64,000 bases of DNA from Ascoidea asiatica JCM 7603 (taxonomy: Eukaryota; Fungi; Ascomycota): NCBI GenBank assembly GCA_001600695.1, contig BCKQ01000001.1:1510171-1574170 (forward strand), given 5' to 3'. The position numbers were made by a program, and so were the translations under genes. Shown here one piece after another: positions 24,394 to 36,294 of the stretch (the first letter of the stretch is position 1; each line of letters starts with the position of its first letter). Below the pieces are notes generated by a model. The model worked only from the letters and a program-made list of their open reading frames with translations. It ran no database searches and was not told the DNA's origin.

Positions 24394-27300
24394 ATGTCAT
24401 TATCAAATTTATCTTTACAAGTTTTAAATGATATTCAATTACAAATTCAAGCTGATAATATATCTTCATTTTCTGAAAATTCAGATTCAACTTTAAGATC
24501 TTCACTGTCAAAATTATTAAATTTATCAAATTTATCAAATTCAAATTTATCAAATAGAAATTCTTTAATTTTAAATAATAATTCAAATAATATAAAACCT
24601 AATTCAAATATTAAAAATTCAAAAATTTTATCAAATATAAATATTTCTGATATAACTGATATTTCAAATATTTCAAATATTTCAAATTCATCTAACGGTA
24701 ATATATCTAATATTTCTAATGAAACCAATGAGACAAATAAAACTAATGAAACTAATAATACCAGTGAAACAAATGAAACTAATGAAATTATATATAATAC
24801 AAACATTACAACAAATACAACAAATACAAGTATATCGAATTCTGATGAATTAATTAAAAATAATAATAAAGATAATATTCAAGATGATGATGATCAAATA
24901 CAAATTGAAAAAGAAATGAATAATTTAAAATCTTCAATAACTTTAAATACTTTATCTTCTTATATAACTGATCTAAGACAATCTGAACAAGTTTATTTAA
25001 ATGATTTATCTAAATTATTAATATGTTCAAATTCTCATTCAAATTCAATCAATTCTATAAACTCAAATTTAATTCTATTAAATAAAATTCCAATTTCTTC
25101 TTCTTCATCTACCAACAAGAATAATGATAATAATAATGATAATAATAATAAAAATGATAATGATATAAATATTAACAAAAATAATTATTTCGATTTCATA
25201 ACTTCAATTAAAAATTTATTACTTTTACATAATCAATTAAATTCAATATTATTAATAAATTTTAACCTTAATTCAAATATAAATTTAAAAAATTTAATTA
25301 AATTAATTTTAAATTTCGCAATTTGGTCAAAAAAAATTTCAAATTTTTATAATACTTATACTAAATTTTATTCATATAATATTCAAGATTCAGAACCTGA
25401 ATTATATCTTAAAAAAAGACCATTTATAAGATTAAAATATTTATCAAAATTAATTAATCAATTTAATCAAATTTTTTTATCAATAAATTATCCTAATTTT
25501 TCAAATAATTTAACTGATATTAATCTTTTAATAAATAATAATATTCATAATAAAATTGATAATAATAAAAGAAATTCAAATGAAGAAAATAATAAATCTA
25601 ATATAAAAGAAAACAATCAAAATTCTATAAATAATATTTCTGACTTAAATGATAATGAAGAAGATATACAAACTGAAATCGAAATTGAAAAGGAAAATGA
25701 TATCATCAATGATAACAATAACGATAACAATAACGATAACAATAACAATAACGATAACAATAACGATAACAATAACGATAACGACAACGATAAAGATAAA
25801 GATAAAGATAATGATGATAATGATAATGAAAATGAAAATCATGATTATCAAGAATATTTAAATATTTCAGTTAAAAAAATTTCTTTAAATTTTCAAATTT
25901 CCTCAATTAATATTTCAAAACAATTAAAGGCTTCAATAATCAAATTACAAAATGAAAAATTTAAAATTGATCAATCAACAATAAATTTTAATCAAGTTAG
26001 AGATCTTTATACTTTAAGAAATTCTTCTGGTTGCTTTTATCTTAATCAAGTAATGAAAAGAGATTATTTTGAATTTGAATTTATACATAAATTAGATTAT
26101 ACAACAAATAAAAAATTAATTGAAATTTTTTTATTATCAAATGATGTTAATAAATTTCCTTTATCAAATTTAAATGATTCCGATTTTAAATTAGATGATA
26201 TTCATTCTTTAGCTCTTTGTTCTGTTGAAAATATTGGTAGAAATTTATTATTTCCTTCTTTTAGAAAAAATGAATTAAAATTATTATCAATTAATTCAGA
26301 TTCATTGACAAATGAAGTTGTTTTAACTGTACCTGAATCCTTAGATAATTATTTTTTAAATGATTCTAATAATAATCAAAATAATTTAAATACTGATCAT
26401 ATTATAATTAAATTATCTTGTCCAGATTCTGTTCAATTTAATTTATGGATCCCGATTTTTACTAAATTATTTGATTATCATACATCGTTACAAAAAGTTA
26501 AATTTGAAAGAAATTTTTTCCTGAAATATAAACAAGTTAAACGAGATTTATTATTTCAAGATGGTTTAGGTTTAACTTATGATCCTTTTATTGATAATCA
26601 ATCAAATAAAAATAAAAATTCTTCAATTAATAATAGACCTATTATGAGAAGACCATTATCAGTGAGATCATTAAATCAATTAAGATCAACTAAATCAACT
26701 CCAAGTTTTGATTTTAAAAAATTCCCTCCTTTACCACAGCCGGAAAACTCAGATAATTCAAAACAAAGTAGTTTAATTGATCCAAAAAATAAAAATTTAT
26801 CTTATACTGATAGTAAGAAAAAATATGGTAATCCACCTCTTTTTGGCTTAGCAATTGATTTTGATTCTCATACTCCTGATTTAACTTTAAAAGCTGATGA
26901 AAAATATATATCTCTGCCTGAGTCAGATAGTTCAAATGATAATGAACTGCATTTAACTGATAAAAGTCTGGAAGAAGAAAATGATGATATTGAAGATGCC
27001 AATGATGATGTCAAGAACGTTGATGTTATTGTGGATAACATGAAAGAAGATTTCAACGATTCTTTTTATTATAATGATAACGAAGAAGATGAAGAAGGAG
27101 AAGACGATGATGATGATGATGATAATTTGTCTTTAGTCAGTATTCATGATAATGAACAAGAAGCACAAAATGAAATACAATTTGTTAATATTGCCAATGG
27201 AAATCTTTCTAGTAGTAATCTTTCAAGAAGAGCTACCATGGTTGTTGCTAGTAATCATAGATCAACAAATAGTGTAAAATTAATTTCAATTCAGCCAAGA

Positions 27301-29772
27301 AAGTCTACTGAATTACATCTTGTCAAGCATAGTGCATCAAAAAGTGAATGTTTTCAAAGAACTTTAAGCACCGAAAATTTGACAAAAGTTAATACCCAAG
27401 AACAGGGGGATTCCAAAGATAATATTATTCAGAATCTTAAGGATTTTGAAATTAAAGACTTCAAGCTCAAGGATTTCAAACTTAAAGACTTGAGAATCAA
27501 TCCAAACTCAATAGAAGAGAAACCAAAAGATGAGAACATTTCCGAAGATTCAACAAAGGATATAAGAGGAAGAACTATACCAGAAGTAAAAATTGATTTA
27601 CAACCAGTTGAATCATTTGAAAAATCAAGCACTTCAATAAACAATAACCCACCTGAAAATAACAGTTCTACTTCATTACTTAATCAAAATAACTTAACTT
27701 TACTTTCTGTTAGTGGCATTGGGATATTAAAAGATGATTCAAGAAACTCCCTTTCTACTATTAAAAATAATAGTAGTCCAGGTATGCTTATGTCTACACC
27801 TCAATCTCTGACTTCACCGATAACAAACGGAAGCCATTTTTCATATGATTCTGAAACTCAACATTCTCCTACCAAGAGTTCCCTGTTTCAATATCAAAAT
27901 ATGTCTAGTTGTACAGTTATAGCTAAAAACGATTCAGCATCTCGTCTGGATTGTGTATTGGTCAATGATGATGTAGAAGTTAATACGATTAAAGAAGAAG
28001 ACGAAAATGATACCGAAGAAGAAGTTGTTTTAATATCAAACTCGTCCAAAAGTGAAATTCAAGTAAAAGAAAAAAGTCTTCATTCTGTTACATCTGATAA
28101 AAAGAAAATGAAAAGAAGATCTATTCTCCACACTTTAAGTGTTGGCTATAAAAAGTCCTATCATAACATAAAGGGATCCCTTGGTAATCATAAATCATCA
28201 AATACAGATGACTCAAAACTTCAAACAATTGATCATTATTCAACCAATGGCAACAAAAGTTTAATTCATGTTCAAGCTGATTCACATAATATGAGAAAGG
28301 CTAAATCAATGCTGCTACTCTTAGAAAATAGTGATTCTTCTTTCATGAAAAGTATGAAATCAAATGAAAATATGAATAGTACTAGCTCCTTTGAAACGGA
28401 AAGCGAAGAAGAACATGAGGATACACAAACAGATTTGAGGTCATATGAAACATCTAAATCAAGAAATAGAAAGGGATTGAAAATCAGAACATCAATTTCA
28501 AATTTAAAATCTTATCATAGTAATAGAAGCTCCAGTATATTTCGTGTTCGTTCAAATTCCACTGCTTCTTCTTCGGTAATATCTCCAGTGAAGGCGACAT
28601 TAGACACACTATTCTCAGAATCTTCTATTCATATTTCATTTCCATGTACTGCTGCAACATGGGATAACAATAAATGGACACAATTATATCCCGACAAAAT
28701 CTTTGGAGCCATTTCTTTTAGTTCTAATTACGGATTTTTAAGCTTTTATAATAATGATCCCAAACCAATGAAATCAAGCTTGAATGAATGCTTATTAGTA
28801 TTGCCAATTTTAGAGACAACTTCCTGTCGAAAAACAGTACCTATCGGACTTCATATAACTACATCTAAAAGTGTTGATTTTAGAGATCCTATATCCATTC
28901 TAATTAATTGTTCGACTGAATTGCTTGAGCCAATTATGTTGAATGTTGATAAAGCAAAAAAGATAAAAACCAGTAATCCACTTATAGTATCACAAGTATT
29001 ATCTGCAACAACTCCTGATGATGTATTATTAGGATTTCCCTCCAGTTCTTTGCATATCCCTCAAATAAGTGACGGAAGTGGCTCTGCATTTTCATCTGGA
29101 TCTGAGGTTGGATCACAACAATCAAGTAGACATAAAAGCTCTATTTCACTTAAGTTTAAGCCTTTAAAATCAATTTTTGGAACTCATTTGAATGATTCAT
29201 CTACTCCTACAACTTCGACATCCGTAACTTCAAAATGGTCCTTTTTTACACCTTCTCCTGCATCCTCTAGATTTACCAATTCGAATGTTCAAAGAAATAT
29301 TGATATTCAAAAAACATTGCAAAATTTAGTTGATGAAGAAGCATATAAATCAACAACTTCTATACCTCAACTTAAGTCTCAAGATATCTTAATTAAAAAT
29401 CTTCGAGAAAAAGAGCATTTAATAAAATCTGTTAAAATCAAGCTCCACAATAGAAGTTCCGAAAATGATAATTGGCATTCTGTTTCTATGGGTCTATTAA
29501 ACTTATTTGCCTTATCTCATTTTGGGCTATATAAAATTATTGTATCTAATGTTAAAACTGGGACCGTTGAAATTAATACAGTTATCAGAGGAAAATGCAT
29601 TTCTAGAATAGGAAGATCAGGTATATGCATTACAGTTCAAAATGAGCGATTATTCTCAGACCTGTCAGAAACTACAATCTTTAAAGAAGATAAAAACTTT
29701 TGTAATTATTTGATAGAATCTCGAAATTCAAAAGAAGCAAATAACCTTTTCGAACTTTTAAATTCAAATTAA
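24394..29772 (+). CDS. 1792-aa protein with a degenerate DH-like N-region, PH-like domains and long low-complexity linkers
   Basis: Uninterrupted 5.4-kb ORF. DH-like LRQSEQVYLNDL and KRPFIRLKYLSKL. C-terminal PH/RanBD-like pattern (NWHSVSMGLLNLF...ISRIGRSGICI...YLIESRNSKEANNLFELL). Confidence 0.75.
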   Translation: MSLSNLSLQVLNDIQLQIQADNISSFSENSDSTLRSSLSKLLNLSNLSNSNLSNRNSLILNNNSNNIKPNSNIKNSKILSNINISDITDISNISNISNSSNGNISNISNETNETNKTNETNNTSETNETNEIIYNTNITTNTTNTSISNSDELIKNNNKDNIQDDDDQIQIEKEMNNLKSSITLNTLSSYITDLRQSEQVYLNDLSKLLICSNSHSNSINSINSNLILLNKIPISSSSSTNKNNDNNNDNNNKNDNDININKNNYFDFITSIKNLLLLHNQLNSILLINFNLNSNINLKNLIKLILNFAIWSKKISNFYNTYTKFYSYNIQDSEPELYLKKRPFIRLKYLSKLINQFNQIFLSINYPNFSNNLTDINLLINNNIHNKIDNNKRNSNEENNKSNIKENNQNSINNISDLNDNEEDIQTEIEIEKENDIINDNNNDNNNDNNNNNDNNNDNNNDNDNDKDKDKDNDDNDNENENHDYQEYLNISVKKISLNFQISSINISKQLKASIIKLQNEKFKIDQSTINFNQVRDLYTLRNSSGCFYLNQVMKRDYFEFEFIHKLDYTTNKKLIEIFLLSNDVNKFPLSNLNDSDFKLDDIHSLALCSVENIGRNLLFPSFRKNELKLLSINSDSLTNEVVLTVPESLDNYFLNDSNNNQNNLNTDHIIIKLSCPDSVQFNLWIPIFTKLFDYHTSLQKVKFERNFFLKYKQVKRDLLFQDGLGLTYDPFIDNQSNKNKNSSINNRPIMRRPLSVRSLNQLRSTKSTPSFDFKKFPPLPQPENSDNSKQSSLIDPKNKNLSYTDSKKKYGNPPLFGLAIDFDSHTPDLTLKADEKYISLPESDSSNDNELHLTDKSLEEENDDIEDANDDVKNVDVIVDNMKEDFNDSFYYNDNEEDEEGEDDDDDDDNLSLVSIHDNEQEAQNEIQFVNIANGNLSSSNLSRRATMVVASNHRSTNSVKLISIQPRKSTELHLVKHSASKSECFQRTLSTENLTKVNTQEQGDSKDNIIQNLKDFEIKDFKLKDFKLKDLRINPNSIEEKPKDENISEDSTKDIRGRTIPEVKIDLQPVESFEKSSTSINNNPPENNSSTSLLNQNNLTLLSVSGIGILKDDSRNSLSTIKNNSSPGMLMSTPQSLTSPITNGSHFSYDSETQHSPTKSSLFQYQNMSSCTVIAKNDSASRLDCVLVNDDVEVNTIKEEDENDTEEEVVLISNSSKSEIQVKEKSLHSVTSDKKKMKRRSILHTLSVGYKKSYHNIKGSLGNHKSSNTDDSKLQTIDHYSTNGNKSLIHVQADSHNMRKAKSMLLLLENSDSSFMKSMKSNENMNSTSSFETESEEEHEDTQTDLRSYETSKSRNRKGLKIRTSISNLKSYHSNRSSSIFRVRSNSTASSSVISPVKATLDTLFSESSIHISFPCTAATWDNNKWTQLYPDKIFGAISFSSNYGFLSFYNNDPKPMKSSLNECLLVLPILETTSCRKTVPIGLHITTSKSVDFRDPISILINCSTELLEPIMLNVDKAKKIKTSNPLIVSQVLSATTPDDVLLGFPSSSLHIPQISDGSGSAFSSGSEVGSQQSSRHKSSISLKFKPLKSIFGTHLNDSSTPTTSTSVTSKWSFFTPSPASSRFTNSNVQRNIDIQKTLQNLVDEEAYKSTTSIPQLKSQDILIKNLREKEHLIKSVKIKLHNRSSENDNWHSVSMGLLNLFALSHFGLYKIIVSNVKTGTVEINTVIRGKCISRIGRSGICITVQNERLFSDLSETTIFKEDKNFCNYLIESRNSKEANNLFELLNSN

Positions 29773-30147
29773 TCTCACACCAATAAATTTACCATTTTTG
29801 TATAATTTTTGCCTCAGCTTATTTTTTTTTCTTCTTCAATTTCTATTATAGTTAAATTTTTTTTCTTAAATTCTTTATTTTCTTTCAAACTTTTGTTCAA
29901 TTTTTTTATTGTTTTTTTTGTAATTCTAGTTGGGTATAATAAACGGTTTATTTTATTTTGTTTTAAAATTACTAAAATCAGAATATCTTAAAATAATTCT
30001 GATAATTTCCATTACACACTTTTGGAAGAAGTTAAATGAATTCAAAAGATAATGAAGCCTTCATAAAAAAAAAAAAAAAAAAAATCTCCGTTTACTTCCA
30101 CTATGGAATACAGGTAGAACATATGCACTTTATATAAGACATTAAGA

Positions 30148-31677
30148 TCATAAATTCTGATTATCTTTAACTTTAGCCGCTGCTGGCTTCCAAACATGTA
30201 AAGAGTTATCATTTGAAATACTTGAAATCATCCATTTATCGTTAGGGTTCCAAGAAATATCATTTACACCACTCATATGACCACCATGAGTAAACAACAA
30301 AATATCATTGTCTTTCCTTTCTGAATTATTTTGAGAATCTTTTAAAGCTTCTTCTTCCGAAAGACCTTGGTCATAATCTTTTATAATTGATAAATCTTCA
30401 TTTTCTTTGATTTGACTAATATCCCATAGTTTAACTCTATGATCATCTTGTCCTCCCGAAGCCAATATAGTTGGAAGATTATTGTTCCACTCTAGACAAG
30501 AAATTGGACCTTTATGAGAGTGAGCTATAGTATAAATAGGATTTGATAAATCTCTTAAATCCCATATCATGATATTGGCATTAGAATCCGCAGTTGCACA
30601 GCAAAATATATTTTGTAAATTGAAAGAAATAGAATTGATTCCAGTTTTATGAGAAGTAGTATTACTATTAATGGGATTACTTTTTTTAGAAGTTCTGATA
30701 TCAAATATTTTTAATGAAGAGTCTTCTCCCACTGTTCCGAATATTGAATCGTGTTTATAAAGCCATTTAACATCATTTACTCCACCTTGATGTATCGAGC
30801 TAAATATTGTAGAAGGAGTTTTAATGATATTATCTTTTAAAGAAATAAAAGAAGATTTTAAATCCCAAAGGCAAACGTTACCATCTAATGAAGATGAAAG
30901 TAGAAAACCTTCTTTATTATAATTGAAAGATAAACCATAACCTTCCTGTTTATGAAAATCTAATGTTATCTGAGGTTTAAATTTTTCTTTTTCTAATATT
31001 ATATTGGTTTTTGAATGTTTTGTTCTATCAAATATATAAACTTTTCCAAAATTATTTATAGTTGAAAATATATCAGGTTTTTGAGGCATATATCTTAATT
31101 TATTTATTTCTCCATTATGTAATATCTTTTGTTTTACAGATATTTTTTTAAAATAATCTTCAGTTAAATATTCTTTTTTTGACAAAAATTCTTGTTTTTC
31201 AGAATCATAATTATCAATTGAAATTAAATCTCCAGTTAACTCAGAAACTGAAAAGTCTGCCAAATACAAGTATTCTGACGCATAAGAAGAAGTAAATGAC
31301 CCATAAGCTAGTCTATATGTCGAGGTATTTTTAATTGCGTCTTTTTGAACATCAGGAAGAAATTGGATAGTTAATGAAGGCCATATTAAAGATGAAGTTT
31401 GAAGATAATCATATAGAAAAGGAGCATTTTTTTTCCATATTCTATATTCATCTTGTGATTTTTTATCAATTGCTGATGTTTGAATATCATTGAGGTTATT
31501 TTCTTTGTTAAGTGAACTATTTTCCTGATTATCTACCATTTTGATCATCTGAACATCATCACTAGGAACTGTATTGTTGGGAACCTCACTAACATCTATT
31601 ATCTCCACATCTTGAACTATATGAACATCACCAGTGATTTCAATATCGTCGCTTTTATTTATTTCTGTTGAATTCAT
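30148..31677 (-). CDS. MSI1: RBBP4-family WD40 histone chaperone (CAF-1 p48 subunit)
   Basis: WKKNAPFLYDYL...WPSLTIQFLPD, GSFTSS, WD repeats, LLFTHGGH. Neighbours RIM2/PGI1/MED8 as MSI1 does in S. cerevisiae, favouring MSI1 over HAT2. Confidence 0.85.
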   Translation of the reverse strand: MNSTEINKSDDIEITGDVHIVQDVEIIDVSEVPNNTVPSDDVQMIKMVDNQENSSLNKENNLNDIQTSAIDKKSQDEYRIWKKNAPFLYDYLQTSSLIWPSLTIQFLPDVQKDAIKNTSTYRLAYGSFTSSYASEYLYLADFSVSELTGDLISIDNYDSEKQEFLSKKEYLTEDYFKKISVKQKILHNGEINKLRYMPQKPDIFSTINNFGKVYIFDRTKHSKTNIILEKEKFKPQITLDFHKQEGYGLSFNYNKEGFLLSSSLDGNVCLWDLKSSFISLKDNIIKTPSTIFSSIHQGGVNDVKWLYKHDSIFGTVGEDSSLKIFDIRTSKKSNPINSNTTSHKTGINSISFNLQNIFCCATADSNANIMIWDLRDLSNPIYTIAHSHKGPISCLEWNNNLPTILASGGQDDHRVKLWDISQIKENEDLSIIKDYDQGLSEEEALKDSQNNSERKDNDILLFTHGGHMSGVNDISWNPNDKWMISSISNDNSLHVWKPAAAKVKDNQNL

Positions 31678-32176
31678 TATATAAACTGCATGTCTTTGGT
31701 GATTATTTGATTACTTTTTTGGCAGTTGTTTTCATTGAAATATAAACTTGTTTTTCCATGTTTTCGAGTAAGAAATTTCAAAATCCATTTTCCCAATCTC
31801 ACAATCTCAAAACATTAAATTCTTGGATTCTTTCTTTAATATTGACGTTAACTATGCTTCATGAGCCGGAAACAACCAAAGAATTCTGCATCCGGTAACT
31901 ATCAAAAACACAATTCGGAAGCCTAAAACGTGATATTTTTGTTATCCGGTCCTGGAAAATTTATTTGAAAAATTTAGACTTGACATTCGCAGTTTCCATA
32001 AATTTACTGTATAAATTTTGCTTATCGATTAATATGGTAAATGTTTTACTATTGTTTTTGCTTGTTTGCTTCGAAGTTACAAATGGTTAAAAGAGTGCTG
32101 GAGTGTGAAAAATACAAGAAATAACCAAAGCCATCAAGGGTAAATTTAAAAATATTTTAAAGATAAGTGGAATAAT

Positions 32177-33340
32177 ATGTCATCGAGAATTAATCAAGAA
32201 CGTTTTTTTCAGATTGAAAAAGATGCAGAAGAATCATCTGCCTTTTTGAGTTCGGATGAAAAATCTTCAACAATGAAAAATACAAGTTTTATTCCATATA
32301 TCGATAATAAAAAAATACAAATACAAAAAACTCAACAGATAAATCAAACCATTAATAAAGAAAGTGTAAAACCATGGGTTCATTTTGTAGCTGGTGGTAT
32401 AGGTGGTATGGCTGGAGCTATATTTACATGTCCATTAGATGTTGTTAAAACCAGACTTCAATCTGATGTTTATAGACAAGTTTATGCATCAAAATTTCCT
32501 GTAAATTCAAATCCAATCATAAACGCAGGTAGACATTTTGGAGAAACATTTAAAATTATTGGAAATTTATATAAAATTGAAGGTTTTAGATCATTATTTA
32601 AAGGTTTAGGACCAAATTTAGTTGGAGTAATACCTGCAAGATCAATAAATTTTTTTACATATGGAGTTTCAAAAGATATTTTAAAAAGTAGATTTAATAA
32701 TAATCAAGAATCAACATGGATTCATTTACTTTCTGCTGCAAATGCAGGTATATGGACATCAACAATAACAAATCCTATATGGTTAGTTAAAACAAGATTA
32801 CAATTAGATAAATATTCATCCAAACAATCAAATATTGAAAGAAAATATAAAAATTCATTTGATTGTACATTAAAAGTTTTTAAAAATGAAGGTATTAAAG
32901 GTCTTTATAAAGGATTATCAGCATCCTATTTAGGATCAGTTGAAGGAGTTTTACAATGGGTTTTATATGAACAAATGAAAATGATTATAAAACAAAAAAG
33001 TAATAAAAATAAATTTGAAAATCCAAATTATATTAGAAGTAATATGGATTCATTTGTTGAATGGGCACAAAGATCAGGAAGTGCAGGTTTAGCAAAATTT
33101 ATTGCTTCAATTATTACATATCCACATGAAGTTATTAGAACGAGATTAAGACAAGCACCATTAAATAATGGAAAATTAAAATATAATGGAATTGTACAAT
33201 CTTTTAGATTAATTGTTAAAGAAGAAGGTTTTGCAAGTATGTATGGAGGTTTAACACCACATTTATTAAGAACAGTACCAAATAGTATTATAATGTTTGG
33301 TACATGGGAAATTTTAATCAAACTTCTATCAAATCTTTAA
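32177..33340 (+). CDS. RIM2: Mitochondrial pyrimidine nucleotide carrier
   Basis: VKPWVHFVAGGIGGM, three carrier signatures (PLDVVKTR, PIWLVKTR, PHEVIRTR), GLGPNLVGVIPARSINFFTY. Confidence 0.93.
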   Translation: MSSRINQERFFQIEKDAEESSAFLSSDEKSSTMKNTSFIPYIDNKKIQIQKTQQINQTINKESVKPWVHFVAGGIGGMAGAIFTCPLDVVKTRLQSDVYRQVYASKFPVNSNPIINAGRHFGETFKIIGNLYKIEGFRSLFKGLGPNLVGVIPARSINFFTYGVSKDILKSRFNNNQESTWIHLLSAANAGIWTSTITNPIWLVKTRLQLDKYSSKQSNIERKYKNSFDCTLKVFKNEGIKGLYKGLSASYLGSVEGVLQWVLYEQMKMIIKQKSNKNKFENPNYIRSNMDSFVEWAQRSGSAGLAKFIASIITYPHEVIRTRLRQAPLNNGKLKYNGIVQSFRLIVKEEGFASMYGGLTPHLLRTVPNSIIMFGTWEILIKLLSNL

Positions 33341-33780
33341 TCAAATCTTCAAACAAATCTTTAATCAATTATTTAAAGATCAAAAAAACAAAAAAAAAAC
33401 ATATATATATATTGTATTATTATTATTCTCAAAACCAAATTTGAGAATGATTTTTCATTTCTTTTTCTCCAGGTAAGTTTTTGTACATATATAAATTATA
33501 CCTATTATGTTTCTTTATTTCTATTATCTTTTTACATTTTATTTTTTATCAAAACTTAATCATTTTTTCTTTTGTCAATTATACAGTATGTAATAATCTT
33601 GTAATTTCTTTTTTTTTACATTTTTTTTTTAATGAATAATTATCTTGTGAATAGTTTTATTTTAAATAAATAAATGAGTTATTTAAAAATTAAGTAAATA
33701 TATATTATTATTAGTTGTATTTATATATCAATATAAGTATATTAGTGTATTAGTGTATTAGTTTTTTATTATAAATTTCA

Positions 33781-35613
<1,833 letters not shown>

Positions 35614-36029
35614 TTAATTGATTAATTGATTAATTTAATTGATTGATTGATGGAGAATAATTGATGGATATAATTGAGTATATAGCAAATTAGATAGGGA
35701 AATAAAGAAATGAAGAATTAAAAAAGATACAAGAATAATATAAAATAAATGGGGAAATTGATTATTTTTATATTGTAAAAGAGATAATTGACAGCAATAT
35801 GTTGTAGTGGTTAGTGGAGTATCATTGATGAGATCCATATCCTGATGAGCAAAAGTGTCGGAAGCATAACATTATTTAGTAGGTAGTTCATCAAATAGTA
35901 GCAGAATAATGAGAGTGGCATTGTTGCAGCGGGTGGTGTCAGTGGACGAGCAAGCAGACAAAGACAAGAGACAGGAGCAAGAGACAGCAGAGAGAGAGCA
36001 CCCAGCAGACTGGCCTTACCAGCTAAATA

Positions 36030-36094
36030 CACGTGCAGTGTTTCTTCCCGGAGCTTTTCGGCAGCTTCAGGCCCAGTGGCAGATCTCGCACGTG
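36030..36094. promoter_or_regulatory. Two CACGTG E-boxes (36030-36035, 36089-36094) in the PGI1/GPI2 divergent region; candidate Tye7/Cbf1 sites
   Basis: Exact motifs upstream of a glycolytic gene; function inferred. Confidence 0.45.
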
Positions 36095-36294
36095 CTGATC
36101 CACCAGAAAGAACACACAGACAGAGAAACAGACAGAGGAGGCAGTGCATTCCTCTCCAGACGATGGTGACGCTGCTCGCTTCTCTTTTCCAGCTGTTTCT
36201 GCTGCCGGTGCTTCCAGCTCTTCTTTTAAAATACTGTTATTTCTTCAGTTTATGCTCCTTACCTCTTCTAATCTGGTACTCCTGTTATATCGAC

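Noticed and set aside
35811-36169. ORFs of 112 and 86 aa in the PGI1/GPI2 intergenic region (also 7789-8103 and 58540-58833)
   Set aside because: They lie in GC-rich promoter islands, have no recognisable domains and lack the genome's codon bias.
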